The notes beneath the pieces are model-generated. The model had not been told where the DNA came from. It did no database searches and was given only the letters and a program-made list of their open reading frames with translations. Made by a program: the position numbers and the translations under genes. A stretch of 64,000 nt of DNA, the filler included, from Globobulimina sp. (Eukaryota), in the NCBI GenBank assembly GCA_003354225.1. It is 16 parts of 16 records of this genome, joined end to end, with 100 filler letters (N's around TTAATTAATTAA, not from the genome) between each part and the next. Parts side by side here need not be neighbours in the genome. Positions count along the whole stretch, not along the records: positions 1 to 3,920 come from PIVH01001887.1; positions 4,021 to 7,939 come from PIVH01001888.1; positions 8,040 to 11,957 come from PIVH01001889.1; positions 12,058 to 15,974 come from PIVH01001890.1; 12 more parts are not named here. One strand, 5' to 3'. Below, in pieces: positions 1 to 12,640 of the stretch; the stretch's first letter is position 1, and each line of letters begins with the position of its first letter.

Positions 1-590
1 CCATAAAATGTTCCTAATCCGGTTAATAATACATTTTCTATTTGTTTATCATTCGAATTATTTTCATTCCACAGTCGAATTTCATTACAAATTGCTTTCA
101 TTGTCAAATAAATATTGTCTGTTGCTTTTATGCTATAATTTACTCTTCGCGTGGGCGAATGTGCCAAATATTTAATTTTCTTATTTCCAGTTTGAATGAT
201 AATGCATGTTCCAACTGGCTGTTCGCCGTAATATTTATTTATTATTTCTTGCTGTACTCTGCTTTTTATCTCATTATTCGCATCATTTAATACGGCACAA
301 ACTGATCGATCAAAGCCATGATCCATTAAACCAAAGGCATTCGATGAGGACACAATGCAATCAATGTCATTTGATTCTAAATATTCTTCAAATTTACTCT
401 GAAATATTTGTATTTCCGACGTTAATGCTTTTGATGGAAACGTATCTTTTAGGGCATCACAAACAACTTTTTGTAAATCTACAAAAATCAAATTAAACGA
501 TAAGGCAGTTCCTAATGCATATAATTCAGTAAATTTTGGTAATTCCGATTTGTTGTTATTTCTTTGTGAGTTGGATGATGCACTTGCCAT
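1..590 (-). CDS. Macro domain (ADP-ribose-binding/processing) protein, 3' end runs off the window
   Basis: Absent from the ORF track because no stop lies in the window. Manual translation from ATG 590 gives MASASSNSQ...LIFVDLQ...DCIVSSSNAFGLMDHGFD...YYGEQPVGTC...LAHSPTRRV...LLTGLGTFY, matching the macrodomain pattern (SPANSFGxMDGG, GEQPVG, PTM, PGLGTG). Confidence 0.85.
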   Translation of the reverse strand, partial: MASASSNSQRNNNKSELPKFTELYALGTALSFNLIFVDLQKVVCDALKDTFPSKALTSEIQIFQSKFEEYLESNDIDCIVSSSNAFGLMDHGFDRSVCAVLNDANNEIKSRVQQEIINKYYGEQPVGTCIIIQTGNKKIKYLAHSPTRRVNYSIKATDNIYLTMKAICNEIRLWNENNSNDKQIENVLLTGLGTFY

Positions 591-642
591 TTATTAGAGT
601 TTTTAGTGACTTTGTTATTTTTGGATATTTGGGAAAACTGAC

Positions 643-1377
643 ATGGACTGTTTCTGTTGTTTTCCTTCATTGTATTATCTTGTGCCATACCTTTTATTTT
701 CCCAAACAAGTGCTGCAACGTATAATCAACGGGAAAATCAAATTAATGATGATACGTATTATTATGAATATGCTGCAGGAGAAGACATTCAATTTAAAGA
801 TGGATGGAAGGAAAGAACAGCTCCGTTATCATTAAAAGAATATATGAATGCCGAAGGATATGTTGTTAAGATGAATGAAGATGTGTTTAATGCATATATG
901 AGATTATTGAGTGCTGTGTATCAGCCCAAAACAAATTGGCGTGGTAGCTTAACATGGAAGAGCGGTAAAAAAGAGGCTGAAGAGTTGCGAAAACAGTTGA
1001 AAAAAGAAGCAAACACTTTAATGGGAAGACCCAAATCAGGGAAATTAAAATCAGCATTAAAAATGTTGGGTAAACATAAAGTAGATATAGCTGCCAAAGC
1101 ATTGGATACAGTCGCGCCCGGCGCTGGAATTATTCTCAAAGCAATGCAATATGCTCCTAGTGCTGCATTAGCAATTAAAGGGAAAATCGATACAGCGTTG
1201 GTAAAACATGCAGGATATACTCGTTTGGAAAATCCTATAGAACCATTCGCTGCATATCTTATTACTGCTAATAATGATCGCGATGAGAAAGTTTTACCCA
1301 AACTTGTGTGCGACGGGAACGCGTATTGTGTTACCCAAAAACGTAAAAAACATAAAAGAAAAACAAAATCTGCTTGA
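643..1377 (+). CDS. Hypothetical protein, possible N-terminal signal peptide and basic C-terminus
   Basis: 244-aa ORF with a hydrophobic start (YYLVPYLLFSQTSA) and a Lys-rich tail; no family recognised. Confidence 0.55.
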   Translation: MDCFCCFPSLYYLVPYLLFSQTSAATYNQRENQINDDTYYYEYAAGEDIQFKDGWKERTAPLSLKEYMNAEGYVVKMNEDVFNAYMRLLSAVYQPKTNWRGSLTWKSGKKEAEELRKQLKKEANTLMGRPKSGKLKSALKMLGKHKVDIAAKALDTVAPGAGIILKAMQYAPSAALAIKGKIDTALVKHAGYTRLENPIEPFAAYLITANNDRDEKVLPKLVCDGNAYCVTQKRKKHKRKTKSA

Positions 1378-1569
1378 ACATTTTTTTTGTGTGATAATTA
1401 ATGTCTGCTTTTTTGTTGCTTGAGTGTCAGTTAAACTGTTAAATAAAATCAACCAAAACAGATGTAAACACACTACAAAGTGAAATAGTATTGTTTCAAA
1501 ACTAATTATTGTGATGGATTTGCAATCTGTCATTGTGTATGTTAAAAAATAAAAAAACGAAAGTGAATG

Positions 1570-3722
1570 TTATTTTGGTTGATTTGGACAAGGCTCAGCA
1601 TCCAACCTCAACAATGCCTGCCAAGTACAAAGTATTATAGCACCACAAGACACACATACAATAAGCACAGATATTATATTCCTTTTAGTACCGCCTTTTC
1701 TGTGATATCTAATTTTAAAATAAAACATTCCAGGCAAAGTAAATGCGATTATAAATGTCACCGTTGAGCCAGCAATGCACCATAAAACCATTACTGATGC
1801 AGTGAAAAATGAAATTAATAAACATAATCCGATTAAAATTGTAGTTTCAAAAATTAACCATAAATTTGTTGGTTTAAAATCTGACACATTCTCTATATTT
1901 TTAAATGCTTTTATATAATCTTCATTTCGCAAATATGCAATATCTTTTGGCGAATGTATTATTCCCAACACATCATTGGGTCCACGAAGTGGTGAATTTA
2001 AATGGGAAAATGATCTGGTTGTAAAACCTCGAGTGGTTGACTTACTTCTATCAGTTCTCTGTATATATACATAATAAGTACAAATCATGCACAACATATA
2101 TATGTACAGGAAATGAGGAATATTATATAACTTCTGTTCCTTTGCTGGATTCAGTATCTTCCTCATCATTATTATTAATGTCAAACAAATTGTGCCTATT
2201 TTTTAGTACTCCAAGCAATAAAGAATTAGTGGCAATTGATTTGGCATTAATTTTAGGTTTTTGTTGCATGAATGTGTTATATGATAAACAAGTGGGTTGT
2301 TGCAAAAGTAATGAATGTGTAATAATATCCTCATTTCCTTTCTCATTCTTAACTTTATCATTCATAGTATTCGTATTTATAGCTGGCGCACCAATCAATG
2401 AATGATGTAAAATAATATTTCTTCTTTCATTGACTTCCTTAACATCTACATACGTATCGTTAATATCTGAATCAGAATCGGTCGATTCCGACAAAGATAC
2501 AGCAATCAGATTACTCTCAAGCTCTGCATAACTTTTACTACGCTCATAACTAATTTCATCATGTACAATATTCATATTTTTGAAAGTGAATACTAAATTT
2601 AATAAGTTGTGTAATGCAGATCGCGCAGGTAATATCAGCAAAGGAAATGTAAATAGAATTACAAACCCTAAACATAACCGTCCTACATTAATAATGGCAT
2701 CATTTTCATCATAATTAAGTAAAATATTGCCGCACGTATAGCCAAATGAATAGAAATAACCAAAAAAAGCAACAATTGAATATAAAATATAGCAGGATAA
2801 CACTACCGTTATTAAAATAATGCGCATTCGTTTGCGTGTTGGACGGGTCAATTCTGAGTGAACTTGCGCGATATTAAAGTGACACATAAATGATAAGAAA
2901 AATACGGGAAATACATAAATAAAATCATCCAAAGAGTGTGGCCATAGATTGATATTTGTTGATATCGTGTATGACATACTGTCCCCACTGCTGTTTATAT
3001 AATATATTTCATGTCTGGTTCCAAAGTATTTGCCAGTTTGCATTGCCATTATGCCTGTTTAGTTATGTAATATGAGCGCAAGGATCCTTGTGTTATTTGT
3101 GTTATATAACAAACCTGCCAAGATTACCACAGCTGCAATTGATAAAATCGAGGTGTACTTCAATGCTTTCATTTGCCTCATATAGCAAAAGGGCGCGACG
3201 CAGCATATTCCTGACAAGATAACAATCCGTCTGAGCCATTCTGAGCTGCATTGCGACTGTGGAATTCCAGCTTAATTTGTAAAATATTCATATTGATTGT
3301 CAAACATATAAAGCAGATATACCTATGTTGCAAACAATGGGTTTTATTAAATCGCCAACCAACACACAATAACCTATTGATGTTAAAAATGTTAGACAGC
3401 AAATAATAAATGTTATAATAGATTGTAGTCTTGCTCCGAATGCAAAGAATCCAATTTGTTGATATGTCATGGCTCCTGTTCTTCTGGCAGATGATACGAG
3501 GATATCAAATGAAAACGCAGAGGCTATTGCTGATAATGTGAGCATTATAAAACCAAATACCAATCCACTACGTGATATTGCAAATGGGAGTGATAATACT
3601 CCGCCTCCAATCATGGTTGATATTAAATTGAATATACCAACTTTGGCTGATTGTTGACGCTCAATAGTATCCAATGCCGAGGGTGCAATGCATTCTAGAT
3701 CTGGTGATTTTGCAACAGGCAT
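1570..3722 (-). CDS. Amino-acid transporter (Aa_trans/SLC38-like), 4 exons
   Basis: FNLISTMIGGGVLSLPFA, FPVFFLSFMCHFN, AFFGYFYSFG, GNILLNY, FTLPGMFY motifs; GT-AG introns at about 3271-3322, 3055-3114 and 2059-2131 join the ORF pieces. Confidence 0.9.
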
Positions 3723-3920
3723 GTTTTAGTACTTATCTTTAAATTAGAAAAATTTAATTTTATTCATAAAACTTTCTTTTTCTGTTCACTTGGCTTTGAC
3801 CATGCACCCATGATGCTGACCTAGAGCCTACATGTTCTTTTCCGTTCTTCTATTTTCCTATGTTCTACACAGCTGAAGCATATCCATTGGGTACTTTACC
3901 GCATCTCGTAAACCAGGACC

Positions 3921-4020
3921 NNNNNNNNNNNNNNNNNNNNNNNNNNNNNNNNNNNNNNNNNNNNTTAATTAATTAANNNNNNNNNNNNNNNNNNNNNNNN
4001 NNNNNNNNNNNNNNNNNNNN
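3921..4020. other. Artificial contig linker (first of 15)
   Basis: N-run, TTAATTAATTAA (stops in all six frames), N-run. Recurs at 7940, 11958, 15975, 19990, 24005, 28019, 32032, 36045, 40057, 44068, 48078, 52088, 56096 and 60104. Confidence 0.99.
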
Positions 4021-4784
4021 TTATTATTAACATAATATGAAATTTGTTTTGTGTCAATATCGAGTTGTTTGATTGATAAAATTGCATAATAATCGTAATC
4101 AGATGGAATGAACATGCCCAGTTTCATGAAACTGTCAAATGTGTCTACAAAATGAGTATTGTTACCAACTTCAAACAATGTAAATGAATTTAAAAAATTT
4201 GAAAAAAGACCATTTAAATTAAGTTCTTTATAATCGAAGTGCCGTTGATGATGAATTCGAATTAAATGTGGCATGATATGATTATTCCAAATTGGCAGCA
4301 GCTTTTTATGCCATTCACGTTTATCTGATCCTTGTTTAACGCCGCAATACATTGCAGCAATGATATCGATACTTTTTTGATCCACCATTATGTTCATGGA
4401 GTGCCTTGTTATCATTTTCTGTGTCAACCAATTGAGAAATAATCCATGTTTATAGATTGTAATAAATTGTTTGTTTTCTTGAATGCATTGTTGTATTAGT
4501 TGCAGATACAAAGAATCTTGAGATTCAGCATAGTGTCTTCCAATCAATTTGCCCATCCTTCCGAGTAATTCATTATCTTGAATATTTGCAAAATTCTGCA
4601 CGCGCCAAACAATGCAGTTATTGAGCATCTCTTGGAATTGCTCAGTGATGGCTACGTCAAAACCATTTCGGTCGTAAATGTGACTAATCATATCATCCAA
4701 TTCAATGCAGGTTTGCTGGTTTATTTGTGTTGCGATTGAACAAATAATGTATACGTAAATTGTGAAGAAAAAAATACAATTCAT
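4021..4784 (-). CDS. Hypothetical protein fragment, truncated by contig end; 5' structure uncertain
   Basis: About 255 open codons running to the linker; no motif recognised. Confidence 0.5.
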
Positions 4785-4907
4785 TGAGGAAAGCCTCGTG
4801 GAATATTACTATATAATACTTCAAGAATTTGTATTTGAATCGCCGAATTTGTGCGAAGTCTATATAAGATTTGCAAAGTCTTTTTGTCAAGAAACAGTAT
4901 AGTGACA

Positions 4908-7900
4908 ATGCCTTCACATAACTGGTTATTTATGCTTTGTATTTTAACCATTGACACTATGAATAGTCAGGTTGTAAATTGCAACGGAGGGAATTGTAAA
5001 TGTCCATCTCCATCAACACCATTGGGAACAATATGTATATTAAAGTATGTCTAATTATATACCAACCTACAAATCAACATACCAACCATTACATATTCAG
5101 ATGCAGTGATGAAGACATTTGCAAAGAGCAAACTTTAACCTGTCGCAATGGCGACCCATGCCAAGTTATATGCGATGGCAAAGCAGCATGTTCTGCCGGA
5201 ACAATAATCAATGCCGCTTCTTCTACAGATGTAAGCATTATGTGTTTGGCAGAGGATTCATGCAAAGATGAGATAGACATAAGTTGTGGCACTGGACAAT
5301 GCGCATTGCAATGTACATACAGTACAAGTTGTGAATCATTCGGCAGTATCGATGTAACTGCATCAGAGTCATTCGACTGTACTGGGAGTTGTCCACCCTC
5401 TGTACCCGCACCATTTAGTGCATCACCAACCAGCGCGCCCACATCACCCACAATAAACCCAACAATACCTCCAACTCCGCCAACTATGCACCCAACACAT
5501 GCTCCTATAAATTATCCAACACCATCTCCCTCGCATATACCAACAAATAATCCGAGCACTGCACCCACCGCTCACCCAACACCATCACCTACAGTAACTC
5601 CTACATTTCCACCCTCACTCTCTCCATCAAATAATCCAACTTTAGCGCCAACAGATGCACCCAGTGACAATCCAACATTCCCTCCAACATTATCACCAAC
5701 AATACCACCTACATTGAATCCAACTAAATCTCCATCGACTGCACCATCATTAGCGCCTACTTTATTTCCCACGTTCCCTCCGTCAAATGCTCCCAGCATA
5801 GCACCATCAAATACTCCCACGTTCACTCCATCATTTTCTCCCACCACAACACCATCATTTTCTCCATCATTTGCGCCAACAATACCGCCCACATTCAATC
5901 CAACTGAATCTCCATCGACTGCACCGTCATCAGTGCCTACTTTATTTCCTACGTTCACTCCATCATTATCTCCTACATCAACACCAACATTAGCTCCAAT
6001 ATTGCCTCCCACATTGACCCCAAGTGTATCACCTTCCGTATCACCAAGTTCATCACCGACTTTATCACCAAGCATTGTACCCACTTTATCACCATCCATA
6101 GCTCCAACATTGTCACCAACTGTAACACCAAGCGCTGCTCCCACCATATCACCAAGCACTTTACCTCCCACTTCCTCACCAAGTCTAACACCGTCATTGT
6201 CACCGACCTCAGTTCCAAGCAACAATCCAAGCAACACTCCAACTGCAGCACCAACCCACAGTCCTACAAAGCATCCAACATTACATCCAACACCGTACCC
6301 AACTATGGACCCAACCATTAATCCGACGTCTGCGCCAACACTCAATCCAACATTAGCACCAACACATAATCCAAGCACAAGTCCAACGCATCACACTATT
6401 CACCCAAGTGTTCATCCAACATATAATCCAACCGTACACCCAACAGATATACCAACCACTACACCCACTACGAATCCAAGCAAAAATCCGACATATACAC
6501 CAACTGCAGCACCTACATCGAATCCCACCCCCTCACCAACACACATTCCGACGCATGATCCAACTGCGATGCCTACAGATACTCCAATTGCAGCACCAAC
6601 ACAGTATCCCACTGTGACACCCACCAATGCTCCGACATGGTCTCCCACGCAGAATCCAAGCAAGTCACCAACTGATAGTCCAAGCATTGCGCCAACGCAC
6701 ACTCCGACTGCTGCACCGACAGCAACTCCAACAATGGGAACATTTGCACCGACACATAATCCAACATACAGTCCAACAGTATTCCCCACCGCAGCGCCAT
6801 CAGACAGTCCCGTTGCAGCACCGACCAGATACGTAACATGCGATGAGTGTGATGACTCTGATGAGTCAGATGCAGATGATTTAGTTTATGTTTCTTCAAT
6901 ATATTGCTTTCCTAAATCAACGGTGTATGATTTGGAATATATTGACTGTTTTCTGTATGATATTTTTTTGGAATGGTTTGCTGGTTTTGAGTTTGTTGAT
7001 GATTTTGATCGGTGTAAGATTATTATTGACGATGTTGTTGGTGGAACGGAAAGCGATGCGGCTTTATGTGGGCTGACACCGTGTTTATTGCAAACAGATA
7101 GTAACAATTATAATGATGATGGAAACATAACATTTAATATAATTACTAAAAAGAAGAACACTTTGGAGAGTATAGGAAATGCGGTGGATTTGTATTTAAT
7201 GGAGCAACAATTTGAGAGAGCATTCATGGATAAGTTTGGTGTCAATGTAGATGTAACCATAATGAGTTAAGTTTGTGTTGGATTCACCGTGACAATGTAC
7301 ATAAACACACTATCGGATCCGTGCATATTTCTGTATACGTACTGGAATCAAAAAAAAAACACTCAGATTTTGCCGGCGGTGCGAAAACAACACAGATTTG
7401 TACGGATTCGATAATGTATTGCCAAATGTTAATTGCTTAATTTCTGTTTGATAGTTTCTAAGAAAGTGCAGCAAGTCCAGTCGGAAACAGTTGGTTACAG
7501 TTTCAGCGCAGTTTGGATCATCATTTTAGTGATCAGTTTCTGTGCATGTTGCGTTGGAGTGATCGCCTTTTATTTTGTTGGGCGAGATATGATAAACCAA
7601 GCGAGACAATCTGTGCTAAATAGACAACACAAACAATGTGCAGCTGAGTTTGGTATACAAAATGATGAGAATATGAACGGTGTCCAGCGTGCTAAATCAC
7701 GGTCAGTTCATTCGCCTGTATGTGATCAATCAGAAGTGTCTAATATTAAGGATATGCAAAATATTGAGGGGTTAAAGGTGAATACTAATGAGGATGATAT
7801 GGTTGATGGTGAAATATATGTATGTAAACAGCCCGATATTCATAATATAAAGGACATGGAAGTGGAATATCATTGTAACGATTATGAAATGTATGATGCG

Positions 7901-7939
7901 AATAATAATTTATGTATGCATGGAATCGACAGCTTCAAT
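4908..7939 (+). CDS. Type I membrane surface glycoprotein: signal peptide, Cys-rich domain, long PT/PS-repeat stalk, TM helix
   Basis: ATG at 4908; frame-restoring introns 5045-5100 and 7266-7454; regularly spaced Cys; several hundred residues of PTxxP/PSxxP repeats; TM segment AVWIIILVISFCACCVGVIAFYFV; truncated by linker. Confidence 0.85.
7290..7423. mobile_element. Small inverted-repeat (MITE-like) element inside an intron
   Basis: TATCGGATCCGTGCATATTTCTGT (7311-7334) pairs imperfectly with ACAGATTTGTACGGATTCGATA (7392-7413); the host intron (189 nt) is about three times the usual size. Confidence 0.5.
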
Positions 7940-8195
7940 NNNNNNNNNNNNNNNNNNNNNNNNNNNNNNNNNNNNNNNNNNNNTTAATTAATTAANNNNN
8001 NNNNNNNNNNNNNNNNNNNNNNNNNNNNNNNNNNNNNNNCAACTGATAATAACTGTTTTGACATCATTGTTAGTAAAGGTGCAGCTACGTTTTCGTGAAT
8101 GAAATTTAGATGGGTACTTTTCCTAAAAGTGTGATGAGAAGAGATCAAATTGCAAACTAATCAAAATGTTATTTTTCAATATAAGTTGTTTCATA

Positions 8196-9543
8196 TTATG
8201 TGCTCGGTCTTTTTCGCTTTTTTCTGTTTTTCTTTAGCTGGGCAATTCTGGTCATATTGGGATGATGAACATTATCAACATCATCATATGTAATGTTCAA
8301 GTGTTGACATTGAAATGTCTCATGAAATAATTGTGTATATCCTAATGGTTGGGCATATTTTTTAATACAATGCCAAATACGACAAATTTGTTGATATTCC
8401 AATGAAGAATATGCTTCTTTCATAGTCATAAATTTCTCTCCTTCGTTATGTTCTCTTTTTATTTTCTTTGAATGAGTATCACAGAAATCAAAGCCACAAT
8501 GTATCCGTACAATTAATTGTTGATAATTCATCGGAATTATTCCATTTTGAGTGGGTATAAAGAAATAATCCTTATTTATATATATTGCTATCATTCAAGT
8601 CATACAAATGATGAATGATTTTCATCATTTCATCAATTCTCTTATTTTTATCACTCAAATCTATATTTCACAAACACAATTCTTGATATATCATTGGTCC
8701 AATTTCTATTTTTATAAATTAATAATTCTTTTGCAACCTCAAATTGTTGCACCCAATGTTCAAACAATGATATTTCCAATGTTCCAACATATAGAACCTG
8801 ATAAAAATTCGATTTATCAAAATTGGAAACACTTATTTTTGAGCCATGATCGGAGAATCCACCTCTTCGAAATTGGTATAAACTCCACATTGCATTCCAA
8901 GGATTCCGTATAATCCATACTAATCCATCCGATTTAGCATAAGTTTGTGCTGTGGCCCTCCAAGATCCTCCGGGTTTTCTTTGGAGAGGAAGCTTGGCAT
9001 AAAACCATCGAGGATGAGCTTTACAAACTAATAATTCATCATTTTTTCCAACAATAATCGCATAAAACTATTACCAGAGCCACCAAAACAATATAAATAC
9101 AATGCATTTGCGTAACGGATATGTAATAAATTGCGAAACTGTTGGTTTTTTATTGGTGCGCTTACATTATGGTACACAGACAAACATGAATTATTGTTAT
9201 GTTCTAATATTTGTTCAATAATTTTGGCAGACTTCATTTTCGGATGAAATTTAGTTCTGTAATGTGATATTGATGTATTTAACATGAATAAATGTGGTGG
9301 AAACATTTCAATGTCACTGTGGTACTCTTTAAGTGTTGTTACATTTGACCCCTTTGACCCCCCCTCCCTCTGAGAAAATATAACATTGGGGAAATTCAAT
9401 ATATTTTTATCAATGATGGTATTTATAAACCATGACAAAACATAGAGATATATAACAATGAGGAATGATGGGAGCAACCATCGTATTGTGATACATTTGT
9501 GTTTCCTAATTAGTAACAATTTAGATATGGATTTCGAATTCAT
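8196..9543 (-). pseudogene. WSCD-like type II membrane sulfotransferase, frameshifted
   Basis: TM anchor, FGGSGNSFMRLLLE (PAPS loop), LVCKAHP, WIIRNPW and an inferred KY(E)DL lie in different frames; breaks near 9040, 8663 and 8580 with no intron signals. Confidence 0.75.
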
Positions 9544-9612
9544 TGGATTCGTTAAATGTGAATTGAAGGGATGTGTTCCTTATCGTTGTTTACTTTTTTG
9601 ATATCACAATAT

Positions 9613-9950
9613 GGCAATATCTAAAAAAATAAACGTTCCAATATGTGTATAAATTTGGGTAGCTGTTTCGTAAAAACATTCCTTTTTGAAAAGAACTCTG
9701 TTTGTTTACAAACTGTCCGTCCAAAAGTATAACAGAAACCGTACAGTTTTATACAGACGAAACAATAAAATTTGGTAAATGACAATCAATGGAAGGAAAC
9801 CGAATCAGTTTTAACTTTTAATCAATGCCAATAACTCTGATCGATCAGAATGAAATCAGTCAGTTGATTATGACCTGAATTGTGATGGCCAGCATGTCAT
9901 ATCTGCACAAATTTATACACGGATTGGAATGTTTATTTTTGGATATTGCC
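9613..9950. mobile_element. MITE-like element, 338 bp, about 50-bp imperfect TIRs starting GGCAATAT
   Basis: GGCAATATCTAAAAAAATAAACGTTCCAATATGTGTATAAATTTG versus reverse complement of right end GGCAATATCCAAAAATAAACATTCCAATCCGTGTATAAATTTG; no clean TSD. Confidence 0.75.
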
Positions 9951-10995
9951 AATCATCCAATTACTAATTTATTTAACAGTCGGTGTTGCAACACAATACC
10001 TTTATATTAGTTAGCTCTTCCTCCTCCTCCTCTTGCCGTATTGAAATGCCACTGAGGATTACTACAACTTGTGAAAAAAAACAGTTTTAACCATATGAAA
10101 AAAACACCACAAGCTTTATACGTTCAACAAAGCAGTATACCACAATATGGTATAATACCATCACAACATCACAAAACAGAGCCGCTATGGACAACAATAA
10201 CACATAAATCACAATTAAGATCTTGCCGGTCAATTACCTAAAATCTCTGTATCAAAACAATATAAAACCAAAATCTATATTATCACCGTATTTTTCATCA
10301 CAAAATAGATTATCAGATGCTGCAAATAATAATAACCTATCAAATTATGTTTGGTGTTTCTCACAAAAACGAGTAAATGGAATGTTTATTTTAACCAAAA
10401 TTGATTGTCAGCAAGATATAATAACTAAAATCATGATTGATATCGACAATAACACATCAAATATGGACATAAATGAAGAAGTTATAAAAACTGCGAAAAA
10501 AAGCAAAAAAACAAATACGTTCTTTACCCCCAATGAAGCAATCAAATCTCGATGAAATTTTAATTTCAAAATATGCACAAAAAATAAGTATCAAAATTGC
10601 TATAAAAAACAATTGCAACCAAAACAATATATGTTTACAAATAACAAACAACAGATATTATCGTATAAGCATAAAAAGAGGAAATCAAGAAAAAAGGATA
10701 TGTAAATCCAGTTAATCCACAACAAAGACAAGTATGCAAAACATTGTTACCAGACACTATTTATTCTTTCATCCATCATAAAACTGGACATGATTTGTCC
10801 GGAAAGCTAAGCCATCAAATAAACCGCTTTTGTGCTTCAGAAATAATGTTAAGCGAACCAGGTTGTTCTGTGCCAGTGCCAACCATTCAAATTCGATAAA
10901 ACGTATTTTTTTTCCATTGGCTCCGACAGCCGCTACAAACTATTATATCCGGATATTATTATCATTTAAAAGCAAATGAAAAGTGGGTTAAGAAA

Positions 10996-11721
10996 ATGTC
11001 AATCCATAACTCGAAATCTGCTGCGTGCCGTATACAAAATAATGGTTTATATGACGATGTCATTCATGATAATTACAACGTTTCTGCACAGCACAATTTT
11101 ACAAAATATTGGCGACGAAATGTGCGTCGGGTATCAATGTGTTTGGTATGGAATAACATCAATAAACACATCGACAGTAAAATGTATAATATGTTATCGG
11201 TCCATGTCGCTGCCAACAAGGATTGGAACAAAACATTGCAAGCATTGTATCAGACACTGCATGCATTGGATTATAGAATGGGTTTATTTTATGAACTTTT
11301 GCGTTATTTTAATTGTGAATGGCCAGAAATGTATATCCTTCATGAAATTGGCAAAACGAACAGTTTTAAAGAATATGATATTGATAGTTTTGTAGATAAT
11401 GGATTTGAAAGCAATGTAAATGACATTTTGGATAGAATTAATTTGATTGATTCTGCCGAGAATAGAGATAAATTACAATTGAATGTCAAAAAGAATATGA
11501 TAAATATCACAAAGCAAAGAGAGTTTTTATGGGAGAAATTACGTTTAATTGATAGGAAATATGCATCGACGCAGCATGAAATCGAACATGTCACAGTCTA
11601 TGATTATGATAAAAAACAAGCAATTGATGACTTTTTGAGCATGGATAGGACGGTATGTCAGCTAATAAAAAACATGACAATATTCTTAGATTTTGAGTGG
11701 ATGCATGCTTCGTACTGTTAG
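10996..11721 (+). CDS. Hypothetical protein
   Basis: 241-aa ORF with protein-like composition; no motif recognised. Confidence 0.45.
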   Translation: MSIHNSKSAACRIQNNGLYDDVIHDNYNVSAQHNFTKYWRRNVRRVSMCLVWNNINKHIDSKMYNMLSVHVAANKDWNKTLQALYQTLHALDYRMGLFYELLRYFNCEWPEMYILHEIGKTNSFKEYDIDSFVDNGFESNVNDILDRINLIDSAENRDKLQLNVKKNMINITKQREFLWEKLRLIDRKYASTQHEIEHVTVYDYDKKQAIDDFLSMDRTVCQLIKNMTIFLDFEWMHASYC

Positions 11722-12640
11722 TGTAATATGGTATTCCTTGATTTTGTGACTAAGGGATGAAGTAAGTAGCTTAGCTAAATTAGTAATTAGTAGTACAGTA
11801 GGGGCTATACTTAGGGGGCTATAAATGATCAATATATTACATTACCCCCTTTTTTAGGAAAGTCTGAAGTTTATTTAAGTCTTTGAGTTTTCTTGAACTT
11901 TCATCAAAACAAAACTTCTTCTTTCTTCTCTTGGTCCTCGTCGACCATGGGTCCTTGNNNNNNNNNNNNNNNNNNNNNNNNNNNNNNNNNNNNNNNNNNN
12001 NTTAATTAATTAANNNNNNNNNNNNNNNNNNNNNNNNNNNNNNNNNNNNNNNNNNNNACAATTATGATTTAATTTTAATCGATTAAAATGTTTTAAAAAG
12101 CCCGCTAAAGTGAGCCAAGGGCCACTTTTGCACTCTTCGCGTGGGCAAATCCATTCTGTTTTAATTCTATTTAATGACACATCATTTGTATCAATATTGC
12201 ATGTAATACACGTAAAGTTGCAATGGACCGCTTGTTCGCAGTTAAACTCGGTTTGTATGTAATTTGTACACTCATTTTTACAACATTTAACTTTGACTTT
12301 CACTTTTTTGAATTGACTTTCACTTTTTTCTAAGATGCAATACTTCAGCATCAAATTCTAAGCATTTATCGCAATTACTTGCATGGAAAAATAAGCGACA
12401 ACCCATCAAACACGAATAAACATGTTGTAATATCGTTTTTAATTGAATTCATTTGTTTGCAAAGATCGGTGGAGGAAACACCAATGCACCAATTGATTTA
12501 AACTTTTTTTCAAAAGTTCAGCAAAGCATTTTTCTGAATGCTGATGAATCAAATGAGATGGCATCATGTTAAAATTAATGTTACTAAATACTTATTATAA
12601 AGCTAATAAATAAAAATTTAAAATTATACAAAATCAAACT

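Noticed and set aside
5572-6899. Gly/Val-rich minus-strand ORFs
   Set aside because: Antisense shadows of the Pro/Thr repeat coding strand; the same applies at 47359-47656.
10140-12420. Short broken ORFs at 10223-10715 and 12058-12400
   Set aside because: Possibly decayed genes, but no recognisable motif beyond scattered Cys pairs.
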